Shown: positions 41,178 through 51,600 of the stretch, one piece after another
How the letters are laid out: each line of letters begins with the position of its first letter
Position numbering within the stretch: the stretch's first letter is position 1
Assembly: GCA_963749495.1 (NCBI GenBank)
Contig: CAVVMW010000012.1
Span: 320,001 to 384,000, forward strand
Direction of reading: 5' to 3'
Source: an uncultured bacterium
GTDB lineage: Bacteria; Verrucomicrobiota; Verrucomicrobiia; Limisphaerales; UBA8199
Length of the DNA stretch: 64,000 nucleotides
Position numbers and translations under genes: made by a program
The notes under the pieces: model-generated
Databases searched by the model: none
Told to the model about the DNA's origin: nothing
What the model saw: the letters and a program-made list of their open reading frames with translations, nothing else

Positions 41178-42737
41178 ATGCGCTGGCGGGCCAAGTTGTT
41201 CACAGGCCTGGTCCCATTTTTCGCGGCGGCGAACCTGTTTGCCGCCGGCAGGGCCTCTCACCTGGTCCTGGTCGTCTGGGACGGGATGCGCCCGGATTTT
41301 GTCACCGAGCAGAACTGTCCCACCCTCTGCGAACTGGCCCGAGACGGGGTGACCTTCAAGAACCATCACCCGGTCTATATCAGCACGACCGAAGTCAACG
41401 GGACCGCCCTGGCAACGGGCGTGTATCCGGGCCAAAGCGGCATTGTTGGGAACAAGGAATACCGGCCCGCCATCAACGCGACGAACCGGATTGCGACTGA
41501 GTCCCTGGCGGCCGTCCGGGCGGGAGACAAGCAGACGGACAACCATTACCTGGCTTACCCGACGGTGTGCGAGATCCTTCACGGCAAGGGCTTGCGCACG
41601 GTCATCGCGGGGGCCAAGGGCGTGGCCGTGCTCCACGACCGCTGCGCCCGCACCGACGAGAGCCTGGGCGCCACGCTTTTTGCCGGGAGCACGCTGCCGG
41701 AGGCGCTGGCCGCCCGGCTCACCGCCCGGCTCGGCCCGGTGCCCAATGCTATCCTCTCCGGTGCCGCGCGGGATGCCTGGACCACTAGCGCGCTGACAGG
41801 CCCGCTCTGGGAAAAGGGCGTGCCGGCGTTCTCGGTGCTCTGGCTGAGCGAGCCGGATCTGACCCAGCATGTGCTCGGACCGGGGTCGCCCTCGGCCTTG
41901 GCCGCGATTCAGAGCTCGGACCGGAATCTGGCCCGGCTCCTGGCGGCGCTTTCAACTCAGGGGCTGCGCGAACAGACCAACGTCATTGTCGTTTCCGACC
42001 ATGGCTTTTCGACCATTGACCGGACCACGGGCGTGGCCCTCGTGCTCAAGGGGCATGGATTCCGGGCTTATCAAGCCTTTTCGGGCCAGGGCCCCAGCCA
42101 GGGTGATATCCTGGTCGTGAGCAACGGCGGTTCGGTCTTCCTCTACGTCATCGGCGGCGAACCGGACTTGGTCGAGCGGGTGGCGCATTTTCTCCAGGAG
42201 CAGCCGTTCTGCGGTGTAGTCTTCACACGGCTGCCGGTCGAGGGCGCCTTCCGCCTCGATCAGGCCGGGCTCGATGCCCCCACCGCGCCTGACATCGTTC
42301 TGTCGCTGCGCTGGAGACCCGCCCCCAACCGATATGGCACCCCGGGGCTAATCTGCCAGGACCAGGCCGGCTACATCCCCGGCCAGGGGATGCACGGCAG
42401 CCTCAGCCGCTTCGACATGCACAACACCTGCATCGCCGCCGGGCCGGATTTCCGCAAGGGCTTCGCGGACGACTTGCCCACGGGCAACATCAATATTGCC
42501 CCCACCATCCTGTGGCTCCTGGACGCCCGGCCCGCCCGGACGCCCTCGGGCCGTGTCCTGCGCGAGGCCCTGCTCGACCCGCCCGATACAGCGCCCGCCC
42601 CGCCACCCGCCCTCGAGTCTCACCGCATCGAAGCCGCCTTTCGCGGGAGCAACTTCACCTGGCGCCAGTACCTGGCCTATTCGATTGTGAACGGCACTCG
42701 TTACCTCGACCAAGGCAATGGCGAGCAGACGCCGTGA
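41178..42737 (+). CDS. Alkaline-phosphatase-superfamily nucleotide pyrophosphatase/phosphodiesterase
   Basis: VVWDGMRPD, T.VN...ATG, EPD..QH..GPGS, VSDHGF, GMHGS. Confidence 0.9.
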   Translation: MRWRAKLFTGLVPFFAAANLFAAGRASHLVLVVWDGMRPDFVTEQNCPTLCELARDGVTFKNHHPVYISTTEVNGTALATGVYPGQSGIVGNKEYRPAINATNRIATESLAAVRAGDKQTDNHYLAYPTVCEILHGKGLRTVIAGAKGVAVLHDRCARTDESLGATLFAGSTLPEALAARLTARLGPVPNAILSGAARDAWTTSALTGPLWEKGVPAFSVLWLSEPDLTQHVLGPGSPSALAAIQSSDRNLARLLAALSTQGLREQTNVIVVSDHGFSTIDRTTGVALVLKGHGFRAYQAFSGQGPSQGDILVVSNGGSVFLYVIGGEPDLVERVAHFLQEQPFCGVVFTRLPVEGAFRLDQAGLDAPTAPDIVLSLRWRPAPNRYGTPGLICQDQAGYIPGQGMHGSLSRFDMHNTCIAAGPDFRKGFADDLPTGNINIAPTILWLLDARPARTPSGRVLREALLDPPDTAPAPPPALESHRIEAAFRGSNFTWRQYLAYSIVNGTRYLDQGNGEQTP

Positions 42738-42745
42738 GTCCGGAC

Positions 42746-42824
42746 CTTTGTCGCAACCTTTGTCGCAGCCTTTGTCGGCGTGGCCAGGCCTCGACAAAGG
42801 CACCGACAAAGGCTGCGACAAAGG
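42746..42824. repeat. Inverted 12-mer arrays (CTTTGTCGCAxC)n / (GxxxCGACAAAG)n
   Basis: Read directly, just after the stop at 42737. Confidence 0.8.
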
Positions 42825-42952
42825 TCTGGGATCGGAAGTTCCAGGTGAATCCTGCCAGCCGCTCTTAAGGGCCAGGGGCTAAGGGACAAAAGGGACGATA
42901 GGGACTTCGTTCGGGCTTCCACAACTGCTCAGGTTCTAATACTCTGGGAGCT

Positions 42953-45029
42953 ATGTTTCATAAAAGAGCACGCTTGCTGGCATTGGCGGCTTTGGCTGCC
43001 CTTGCGGGTCTGCCCGGCGCTTGCGCCTCCGCGCCGGACCCTGCCGTGGCGCAACTCCAGTCGGAGGTGCGCCAGAAAGGGTGGATCGCCTACGGCGCCC
43101 GCTCGAAGGCGGGGGATTGGGACCTCTTCCTTTGCCGGCCGGACGGGTCGGAGTCGAGGGCGCTGACGAGCACGCCGGAGTGGAACGAGTTTTCGCCGCA
43201 GTTCTCCAGGGACGGCCGGAGGCTGCTCTACCGCCGCATCCCCCGGGATGAGGCCATCGACGACAACCGCCACGGCGAACAGGGCGAGTTGGTGCTGGCC
43301 AATGCCGATGGCTCCGCGCCGGTGGCGCTGGCCAAAACCGGAGAACTCACCTGGGCGAGCTTCAGTCCCGACGGCGCCCAGATAGCCAGCCTCTCGATCA
43401 AAGGCATTTCGTTCATCAACCTGGCCACGCGCCAGGTCGTTCGCACCCTGCCGCGCCAGGGCTTTTTCCAGCAGATGACCTGGTCGCCGGATGGGAAGTG
43501 GCTGGTGGGCGTGGCCAATTCCTTCGGGGCCAGTTGGAGCATCGCCCGCATGGACGCGGCCACGGGCGAGGCGAGCGCCGTCAACCGCGTGGACTGCTGC
43601 ACGCCGGATTGGTTTCCGGACTCCAGCGAGGTGATCTTTTCGTGGCGTCCGCCGGGCCAAGAGGCCAACAACGGCTACGGCTGGACCCAGCTCTGGCGCG
43701 CGGCAGCCGATGCCAGTTCGCACTCGCTGGTTTATGCCGAAGAGGGCCGTCACGCCTATGGCGGCAATGTCTCGCCCGATGGCCGGTATGTGCTCTTCAC
43801 CGGCAACATGGAGGAGGATGGCGACCCGGGCCACGCGGGCGGGCCGATGGCCCTGATGCGGCTGAGCGACGCCCCGATCATCCGCAGCCAGAGTGCGGAG
43901 TTGCGCGCCCTCTACCCGGCGGCAAAGGAGGGGCCGGTCCTCGACCTGCCGGCGGGCTGGGAGCCGTGCTGGACCGGCCACGAGGTGGCCCAGGGCGCAG
44001 CCGGCGAGGCGCATCCCGACAGCGCCGCCCGGAACGCCGCATTTATGCGGCAGGGGCATGGAAATTCCTCGATCCTGCCGGCTGAAGCCGGCGTTCCGGG
44101 TGCAGTGTCGGGACTGGACAGGACCAGCGGCCTGGCCGGCGAACTCCACGACCGGGGCTGGCTGGTTTTCAGCGCCATGACCGATGCCGGCGATTGGGAC
44201 CTCTTCCTGGCCCGCCCGGATGGCTCCGACCGCCACCCCATCACCCAGACCCCCCAGTTCAGCGAAACCGGCCCCCGCTTCTCCCCGGACGGAACCCGGT
44301 TGCTCTACTACCGCCAGCCCAAATCCGAGCCGGTGGACAACAACACCTACGGGACATTCGACCTGGTCCTCGCCAATGCCGACGGCTCCAACCCGGAGGT
44401 CCTCGGCAACGCATACCGGTGGGCATCCTGGGGGCCGGATGGCCGGCAGATCGCCTGCCTCGCCCCCAAGACCATCCAGGTCGTTGACTTGGCTGCCCGC
44501 AAGGTCCTTCGCGAGTTCCCGCGCAAGGGCATCGTCCAGCAATTGATTCTGGTCCCCCGACGGCCAGCGGTTCGTCGGCACCGCCAACGGCCTTGGCCAG
44601 TTCTGGAACATCGGCGTGCTCGACCCCGACGAGGGCCAGTTGCGCGCCGTGAGCGAGACGGACCGTTACAATTGCACGCCGGACTGGTGCCCGGACTCGC
44701 TGCGCGTGGTCTATGCCCGGGGCATCATCCCGGAAAAGGGCGGCCGCGCCGAATTGTGGGAGGCGAGCGCCGATGGCAAAGAGCGGTGCGCGATTTACGC
44801 CGAGCCGGACCGTCATATCTACGGGGCCTGCGTCTCTCCGGACGGCCGCTACGTCCTGTTCACCCGCAGCATCGAGGACCTGGGCAAGGCCGCCACGACC
44901 ACGATGGCTGTGATTCGCCGGCCCGCCCCGGGCGCCGACGCGCAGGCCGCGCAACCCGAGCGGCTCGACCTGGGTCCCGGCTGGGAGCCGCATTGGACGC
45001 AGCGCGGCATGGACGCGAGCAAAAGGTAG
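42953..45029 (+). CDS. TolB-like protein with two PD40 beta-propellers (frameshift near 44550)
   Basis: Signal peptide; duplicated GDWDLFL.RPDGS, P.FS.DG.RLLY.R, WEP.W units; tail is in the frame of ORF 44616..45029. Confidence 0.85.
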
Positions 45030-45110
45030 AGAGGGGAGCACCGGACAGTGGCCTGCCGCTTCAGGGCGGGAAAGTCTCGACATTCGAACGCGGGCGATTA
45101 CTTTGAAGTG

Positions 45111-45503
45111 ATGAGCGTAGCGGTGGAAACAGTGCAACGGGGGGCAGGCCCTGGATTCGTGGAGGGACTGCAACAGCGAATGGCTCGGCAGCTCAACGTC
45201 CAGGTGGCCGACTGGCTCGATACATGCCGTGAGTTGGCTGGGTGGGAAGATGAGCATCTGGTGGAGGGCTGCGGCCCGGAAAACTTGTCTGAGCACGCGA
45301 CGATGCTGGACCGACTGGAGGGGATGGGCCGGTGGCTGGCCGCCGCCGCCGCCGCGCTGGACCCGGACGCGGCCGCCGTGGCCCAGCAAATTGAGCCCGC
45401 TCTTCAAGACCTGCGCGACAGCCGGTCCATGTGGCACGGGAATACGCCGCCCGCCAGAAGGCAGGAGATCTTGCGGGACTGCTTTCTGCCTGCTTTGCCT
45501 TGA
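45111..45503 (+). CDS. Hypothetical helical protein
   Basis: 130-aa ORF from ATG 45111; protein-like composition; no motif recognised. Confidence 0.6.
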   Translation: MSVAVETVQRGAGPGFVEGLQQRMARQLNVQVADWLDTCRELAGWEDEHLVEGCGPENLSEHATMLDRLEGMGRWLAAAAAALDPDAAAVAQQIEPALQDLRDSRSMWHGNTPPARRQEILRDCFLPALP

Positions 45504-45549
45504 GATCGCTTTGACTTTCACCGGAGCACTGATAGGCTGGCTGCAGGCT

Positions 45550-45984
45550 ATGAATGCGGCACTTGATTTGAGCGACCTGACGCGCCTCGGCCAGGCTCCT
45601 CTGGAGCAGATGGCCGAACTGGGGGCAAGGCTCGACCCGGCCAACGAGGCTTGGCGCGCGGCCTTCTGCCGCCAAGTGGCGACAGTGGAGGCGATCCTCA
45701 AGCAGACCTACCAGGCAGCCGCGCTGCTCGCCAGACGCGCCGCCAATTGTGAGGAAGCCAGCCAAACCTGGAAGACCATGAGCGAGTATGCCAACCACGT
45801 CATGGTCATCCTGAGCCTCCTCGAGGACCGCTTTCCCGGGTCGGGTACAGCCGAGCTCCACGATCTGGCGTTGGATTACAAGGCGGCCGCTGAGAAGCGT
45901 TACCAGTCCAATCTGGAGGCCACGCTATGCCAGAAGACGCCGCTACCCGAAGGCGTGTTACCCCCGCTGACATCATTCGTTTAG
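45550..45984 (+). CDS. Hypothetical helical protein
   Basis: 144-aa ORF from ATG 45550; TTGACT-16 bp-TAGGCT upstream. Confidence 0.6.
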   Translation: MNAALDLSDLTRLGQAPLEQMAELGARLDPANEAWRAAFCRQVATVEAILKQTYQAAALLARRAANCEEASQTWKTMSEYANHVMVILSLLEDRFPGSGTAELHDLALDYKAAAEKRYQSNLEATLCQKTPLPEGVLPPLTSFV

Positions 45985-46205
45985 CCGAGTTGCTGGACCG
46001 GTTCGAGAGCGCCGACGATCCGGAATCCGAGGCGGCCAGGGCCGGTGAGCGCCAATTCGACGCCGGAGTGGCGGAGTTGTTCGCCGAATGCGTCAGGCCC
46101 TACTATACGACAGTCACCTTCGCCCAATTCCGCGGGCACGTGCGCTGGCGCTGCCGCGAATGCCTGGCGCTGCAAGCCCACAGGCCACCGACCCCGCCGG
46201 CCTGA
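45927..46205 (+). CDS. Hypothetical small protein
   Basis: 92-aa ORF overlapping the previous gene by 58 nt. Confidence 0.55.
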   Translation: MPEDAATRRRVTPADIIRLAELLDRFESADDPESEAARAGERQFDAGVAELFAECVRPYYTTVTFAQFRGHVRWRCRECLALQAHRPPTPPA

Positions 46206-46230
46206 ACCAGTTCGGCAGTAATGAAGTGCT

Positions 46231-46761
46231 ATGGTCATATCAACGTGTAATCCGTGGTTGATCCCTTCCCTCCGGTTGCTGCTCCGAGGGGCTGTGGGCT
46301 TTGCGGCTCTGTGTTTATTGGGGCTGCTCGTCGTTTCTTGCGGTCCGAAGGCGCCTCAACAAAATTCGGCCGCCGCCGATCCGCACCTGGCCACCAACGG
46401 CACCATCGAGGTCACCGCCAGGCTCGTCGAGATCCCCCAAGGCGCCATCTTCAAGCGCGACCTCTACGATTACGCCACGATCCTCAAATACAAAGTCCTC
46501 AAGGTCCATCGCGGCCAGGTCCAGGGAGATACGATCTACGTCGGCCACTACAATCCCTGGAAGCCCAGGGCCGAGGCGGCCGATGCGCGCGCCAGAAACA
46601 TCGGCGGCACGCTCAGAAAATTCGAGGCCGGCCAGACCCATCACATGGCCCTGGAGGCCCCCATCGACGACTTTTTCATGGGCGGCATCATCGACAAATA
46701 CTACGGCCGGACCACGGGGCCGCTCTACTGGGCCGTCTGGACAGACCTGGAGGAGCGGTGA
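46231..46761 (+). CDS. Putative lipoprotein
   Basis: Hydrophobic stretch ending VVSC; beta-rich domain (EVTARLVEIP, YATILKYKV). Confidence 0.75.
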   Translation: MVISTCNPWLIPSLRLLLRGAVGFAALCLLGLLVVSCGPKAPQQNSAAADPHLATNGTIEVTARLVEIPQGAIFKRDLYDYATILKYKVLKVHRGQVQGDTIYVGHYNPWKPRAEAADARARNIGGTLRKFEAGQTHHMALEAPIDDFFMGGIIDKYYGRTTGPLYWAVWTDLEER

Positions 46762-46791
46762 ACGATGAGCATCTGCGCTCGACATAGACCC

Positions 46792-46980
46792 TGTCCCGAA
46801 GGGACATCCGACAATAGCCCAACGTTTCAACGTTGGGTTAAACGCGCAGGCGGACCGAGTCCCGAAGGGACGGCTGAAACGGGGGGTCCTTTCAGCCGTC
46901 CCTTCGGGACTTGCTTCCTCCGCGGGCCAAACCCAACGTTGAAACGTTGGGCTATTTTCAAATGTCCCTCCGGGACAAAA
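46792..46980. repeat. REP-like composite palindrome, family A
   Basis: Same architecture as 1161-1350. Confidence 0.85.
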
Positions 46981-47047
46981 GGCCGCGTTGCGTCGGTTTT
47001 CCCGCTACGAGACTCAACTTGGTCGAGCTAGGAACCAGCCGCCGCTC

Positions 47048-48454
47048 ATGGTCTTCACGACCCACATCTTCGTCTTCTACTTCCTGCCGCTGTTCCTGCT
47101 GGTGTATTTCCTGCTGCCGTTCCGGTTGCGGAACCTCTGGATTACGGTGGCCAGCTATTTCTTCTACGGCTGGTGGCAGCCGTGGTTCGTTTGCCTGATG
47201 CTCTTCACCACGGTGATGGATTTCATCTGGGGGCGGGTCATCACGCGCCCGGGCGCCACCCAGGCCCAGCGGCGGCTGGCCGTCACCGCCTGCGTGGTCA
47301 CCAACCTCGGTTTCCTGGGCTTCTTCAAATACTACATGTTCGCCGCCCACACGCTCAACCAGTTGCTCGAGGCGGCCGGGTTCGAGCAGTTCCGCGTGCT
47401 GCGCGTGGTGCTGCCGATCGGGATCTCCTTTTACACCTTTCATTCCCTGACCTACATCCTGGACCTCTACCGCGGCCACGCCACGCCCGCAAAGTCGTTC
47501 ACGGATTTCTCGGCCTTCGTGGCGCTGTTTCCGGACTTGGTGGCCGGCCCGATCATCCGCTACAAGACCCTCGCGGCCCAACTGGCCCTGCGCGACCACA
47601 CGGTCCGGCGCTTCGCCTCCGGCATCTGCATCTTCATCCTGGGCTTTGCCAAGAAGATCCTCCTGGCCAATCCCCTCGGGGGTGTGGCGAACGCGGTCTT
47701 CGGCGCTGCCGCGCCGCCGGCCCTGGATGCCTGGGTCGGCGTCCTGGCCTATGCCTTCCAGATCTACTTCGATTTCTGCGGCTACTCGGACATGGCGGTG
47801 GGCCTGGGGCGGATGCTCGGCTTCGAGTTCCTCAAGAACTTCGATGCGCCCTATCGCGCCGAGAGCATCACCGACGTGTGGCGGCGCTGGCACATCTCCC
47901 TGTCGAGCGTCCTGCGCGATTACCTCTATTATCCGCTGGGCGGCAACCGCAAGGGACCCGCCCGCACCTATCTGAATCTGGGGCTGGTCATGCTCCTGGG
48001 CGGGCTATGGCACGGAGCCAAATGGAACTTCATCGTCTGGGGCGCTTACCATGGGGCGCTGCTGGCCGGCGAGAGGTGGCGGGGCAAAGAGAGCCTTTAT
48101 CAGCCGCTGGCGCGGCCCGTCCGCATCGCCCTCACGTTTCTCCTGATGCTCGGCTCGTGGGTCTTGTTCCGCGCGGACAACTTGGCGGCGGCGGCGCATT
48201 ACTATGGCGCCATGGTGGGCCTGGGCGCCGGCTCCGAGGCCTCGAGGTTGCTGGGCGCGGGCCTCTATACGCCCTATCGGATGGTTGTCCTGGGCGTGTG
48301 CGCCCTCCTGGTCTTCCAGCCGCTCCAGGCCCACGACTGGGCGCAGCGGCCCCAAACCTGGCCCCGGCTCGCCCTCCTGCTCCCCCTCTTCGCGCTCTCC
48401 CTCATGGTCATGTTCGGACAGGCCTTCAACCCGTTCTTGTATTTTCAATTCTGA
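47048..48454 (+). CDS. algI: MBOAT O-acyltransferase (AlgI/DltB family)
   Basis: LPIGISFYTF, AGPI.RY, QIYFDF.GYSDMA.G, WRRWHISLS..LRDYLY, GLWHGA, FLYFQF. Confidence 0.92.
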   Translation: MVFTTHIFVFYFLPLFLLVYFLLPFRLRNLWITVASYFFYGWWQPWFVCLMLFTTVMDFIWGRVITRPGATQAQRRLAVTACVVTNLGFLGFFKYYMFAAHTLNQLLEAAGFEQFRVLRVVLPIGISFYTFHSLTYILDLYRGHATPAKSFTDFSAFVALFPDLVAGPIIRYKTLAAQLALRDHTVRRFASGICIFILGFAKKILLANPLGGVANAVFGAAAPPALDAWVGVLAYAFQIYFDFCGYSDMAVGLGRMLGFEFLKNFDAPYRAESITDVWRRWHISLSSVLRDYLYYPLGGNRKGPARTYLNLGLVMLLGGLWHGAKWNFIVWGAYHGALLAGERWRGKESLYQPLARPVRIALTFLLMLGSWVLFRADNLAAAAHYYGAMVGLGAGSEASRLLGAGLYTPYRMVVLGVCALLVFQPLQAHDWAQRPQTWPRLALLLPLFALSLMVMFGQAFNPFLYFQF

Positions 48455-48488
48455 ATATGAGAAACCCGAGATTTGAAATCCAGAGTTG

Positions 48489-48550
48489 GCAGAAAAATGG
48501 GGGCAGAAAGATAAGAAGGAAATTGATTTTTCTGCCCCCATTTTTCTGCC
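48489..48550. repeat. Palindromic repeat GCAGAAAAATGGGGGCAGAAA..TTTCTGCCCCCATTTTTCTGC
   Basis: Second copy at 53117-53178. Confidence 0.8.
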
Positions 48551-48593
48551 TGGATTCCGAACTCCGCCTCTATCGCGCTAAGTTCGTCGCGCT

Positions 48594-49784
48594 ATGAAGC
48601 CGTCGCGCAATTCTGAACGGTTCCTCATCCTCGCCTTTCTGGCGATTCTGTTCGTCATTCCCATCGGCCAGGCGGTGATCGAAATCCGGCGGGGCGAGTG
48701 GCCGCAGGCACTGGCCCTGTTCCACCAGAGACCGACCGTATCGAACCTGCGCGCCTACGAGCACGATCTCGAGGACGCCAGCCAGGCCGCCCGCTGGCTG
48801 CGGCCCTGGGCGCAATACGCCCACTTTGCCTGGTTCAAAGACGGCGGCGACAAGGCGCTCATTGGCCGGGACGGCTGGCTCTTCTACAAGCCCGGCGTGC
48901 AGTGCCTCACGCAGCGGCCCGACGCCCGCGGCGGGCATGCCGGCGCGGCCGAGGCCCTCGCCGCCATCGTCTCGCTCCGGGACCAGTTGGCCGCGCGGCA
49001 CATCCGGTTGCTCGTCGTGCCCGCCCCCAACAAAGAGAGCGTCTATCCCGAGATGCTGACCCGCCGGGCGGCAGGGCTGCACGGTGTGCTGGGCGACGAC
49101 ACGCGCGCCGTCCTGGACGGCCTGAAGAGCGCGCGCGTCGAGGTGGTCGATCTCTTCGAGTTGTTTGCCAGGGCCAGGGAAGGGCAGCGCGGGCAGGATG
49201 CCCGCGCCACGGAGCAGACCGCCGCGCCGCTTTACCTGGCGCAGGACAGCCACTGGTCCCCGGCAGGCGCGCGCCTGGCCGCAGCCGCCGTGGCGCAGCA
49301 CATCCTCCGGAAGGACTGGCTTCGGCTCGGGGACACTGAATACGAGGAGAAGCCCGCGCCGATCCAGCGCGCGGGCGACATCCTGCGAATGCTCCAGGTG
49401 CCGGCGCTCGAGCGCCATATCGGGCCTGAAGCGTGCCCGTGCGCCCAGGTGGCGCGCCTCGTCACTCATGAACTCTACCGCGACCAGGCCGGCTCCGAGG
49501 TGCTCGTGCTGGGCGACAGTTTCCTGCGGATCTACCAACTGGACGAGCCCGGCTCGGCGGGATTCATCGCGCACCTGGCCAAGGAGCTGAAGCGGCCCCT
49601 GGCCTCGATCGTCAACGATGGCGGGGCCTCGACCCTCGTCCGGCAGGAGCTCTGCCGCCGTTCGGGCCTGCTGGACAAGGTCAAAGTGGTCGTCTGGGAA
49701 TTTGTGGAACGCAATATCCGGCTCGGGACCAAGGGCTGGCAAGTGCTCCATTTGCCCCCAGATCCTCGCCTACCCATTTTTTAA
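48594..49784 (+). CDS. AlgJ/AlgX-type SGNH O-acetyltransferase
   Basis: GRDGWLFY, P.K..VYPE, DSHW, LGDSF, WEFVER. Confidence 0.88.
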   Translation: MKPSRNSERFLILAFLAILFVIPIGQAVIEIRRGEWPQALALFHQRPTVSNLRAYEHDLEDASQAARWLRPWAQYAHFAWFKDGGDKALIGRDGWLFYKPGVQCLTQRPDARGGHAGAAEALAAIVSLRDQLAARHIRLLVVPAPNKESVYPEMLTRRAAGLHGVLGDDTRAVLDGLKSARVEVVDLFELFARAREGQRGQDARATEQTAAPLYLAQDSHWSPAGARLAAAAVAQHILRKDWLRLGDTEYEEKPAPIQRAGDILRMLQVPALERHIGPEACPCAQVARLVTHELYRDQAGSEVLVLGDSFLRIYQLDEPGSAGFIAHLAKELKRPLASIVNDGGASTLVRQELCRRSGLLDKVKVVVWEFVERNIRLGTKGWQVLHLPPDPRLPIF

Positions 49785-49785
49785 A

Positions 49786-49849
49786 CCACGGAATACACGG
49801 AATACACGGAAAACGGCCTTCTTTCCGTGTATTCCGTGTATTCCGTGGT
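49786..49849. repeat. Inverted 9-mer arrays (CACGGAATA)n / (TATTCCGTG)n
   Basis: Read directly, right after the stop at 49784. Confidence 0.85.
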
Positions 49850-50065
49850 TTATGTCTTCTGGATTGGCACGGAAGCTGAGGAGGGCGGATTCTATTGCCC
49901 GGCGTCGGGCGTTCGGTTTGGCTTCGGCGTGGTTTTGGGTTGCCGGCGCCGCAAAAAAACCACTGGACGTTTGGCGGCCTTGTGCGATGCTAATCCCGTT
50001 GTCCAGGCACGCTAATAAATGAAATAAGTGCCTGGGCATTGAGCGACAAAACCGGAATGCGAAAT

Positions 50066-50485
50066 ATGAAACGAATCCTCCTCCTTGCCGCAGCCGTCCT
50101 GGCCGCGGGCTCCATCTATGCCGGCCAATACCCGGACATCAAGATTGCGGAAGTCAAATCTGCCATCAAGGCCAAGACCGTGACCCTGATTGACGTCAAC
50201 GGCACCGAATCCTGGCAGAAGGGCCATATCCCCGGGGCCATCGATTTCGAAGGCGCCAAGGGGAAGCTGGCCAGCCTGCTGCCCAAGGACAAGAGCGCAC
50301 TGGTAGTGGCCTACTGCGGCGGCCCCATGTGCCAGGCCTACCAGGCGGGCGCCAAGGCCGCCGAGAAGCTCGGCTACACTAACGTCAAGCACCTCACGGC
50401 CGGCATCTCCGGCTGGCTGGCAGCGGGCGAGCCCGTGCAAAAGGGGAAAACAACGGACCAGGCGAAGGCGAATTCCGACACCTGA
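50066..50485 (+). CDS. Secreted rhodanese-like protein
   Basis: Signal peptide; IDVN, GHIPGAI, YCGG, GI.GW. Confidence 0.88.
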   Translation: MKRILLLAAAVLAAGSIYAGQYPDIKIAEVKSAIKAKTVTLIDVNGTESWQKGHIPGAIDFEGAKGKLASLLPKDKSALVVAYCGGPMCQAYQAGAKAAEKLGYTNVKHLTAGISGWLAAGEPVQKGKTTDQAKANSDT

Positions 50486-50535
50486 TTCGCAGGGCGGGGG
50501 TGGAGCGTCGCGGGGCAGCGGCGCGCGGACGAAGT

Positions 50536-50632
50536 CGCGAAGCGTTTTGGACTGCGGCAGTCCTCTGCCGCTTTTCAGACCCTGGGGATGCGAAAGCGCC
50601 AGAGGGCTGGCGCAGTCCAAAACCTTGCGGGC
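50536..50632. repeat. REP-like palindrome, family D
   Basis: TTTTGGACTGCGGCAGTCCTCTGCCGCTTT..AAAGCGCCAGAGGGCTGGCGCAGTCCAAAA. Confidence 0.85.
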
Positions 50633-50748
50633 TTCCCGACGCCGCGCTCCAATTGCCCGGCTTGCCGAGGGCCGACAAAGGTGAAATGCGCCCTGCAGTG
50701 CGGGGCGCTCTTTTTTTGTGATCGTCTAAAGGGCGCACGAGGGATATA

Positions 50749-51600
50749 TTGTCTCCTGTGAAATGGTTCAGGTTCAGATCACTCCGGAGAGCAATGGCTG
50801 CGCCCCCGGCAGGGGGAGAGCAGGAATGGGACGGCCTGAACAACTTTACACCGCGCGCCCGTCAAGCGCTGAGGCTCGCGCGCGAGGAGGCTGGTCGGCT
50901 CAACCACAACTTCATCGGCACCGAGCATGTGCTGCTCGGACTCATCCGGCTCGGACAAGGCACGGCCGTCAACGTCCTGACCAAGATGGGACTTGACCTC
51001 GAGACCCTGCGGTCGGAGGTGAAGAAACAAGTCGGCGTGGGACCCGGGCAGGCGCCGTGGAGTTCCCCTCTCTATACGCCCTATACGCCGCGCTTGATCA
51101 AAGTGCTCGCGCTGGCTGCGCATGAGGCCAAGGCCCTCAATCATACCTATGTGGGCACCGAGCATATCCTCCTGGGTCTGCTTCGCGAAGGCGACGGTGT
51201 CGCCGGCCGTGTGTTGACGAACCTGCACGTGCAGATCGAGGAGGTGCGGCAGGCAATCCTCAGAGAGCTGGACCCCAGCTTGCCGCCCTGGACCGGAGAA
51301 GCCGACCGTTCCGAAAGGCCGCAGAGCACAGACTCCTTAGAGCCTTCGAGCGATTCGGTTGACACCAGCAAGCGCTACGATGTGTACTGCTCGGAGCGGC
51401 ATCAGGGGGTCATAGTTTATCGCAACGCGCTCTTCAAAGGCGCGAAGACGCTCTTGCAGGAAGGCGAGAATGCCTGTTTTTCCGATTTTGTGGAACTTGA
51501 ACAGGCCGATGGCCAGAGGGTGTTCGTTGCCAGGTCGTCGATCATCAAATTCTGTCCCTCCCTCACCCCACCTCCCACCCCCGGCGGTAAGTCTCCTTGA
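50749..51600 (+). CDS. Stand-alone Clp N-terminal (Clp_N x2) protein with an unknown C-terminal domain
   Basis: NFTPRARQAL.LA..EA, HN.IGTEH.LLGL twice; no Walker A/B motifs. Confidence 0.88.
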   Translation: MSPVKWFRFRSLRRAMAAPPAGGEQEWDGLNNFTPRARQALRLAREEAGRLNHNFIGTEHVLLGLIRLGQGTAVNVLTKMGLDLETLRSEVKKQVGVGPGQAPWSSPLYTPYTPRLIKVLALAAHEAKALNHTYVGTEHILLGLLREGDGVAGRVLTNLHVQIEEVRQAILRELDPSLPPWTGEADRSERPQSTDSLEPSSDSVDTSKRYDVYCSERHQGVIVYRNALFKGAKTLLQEGENACFSDFVELEQADGQRVFVARSSIIKFCPSLTPPPTPGGKSP

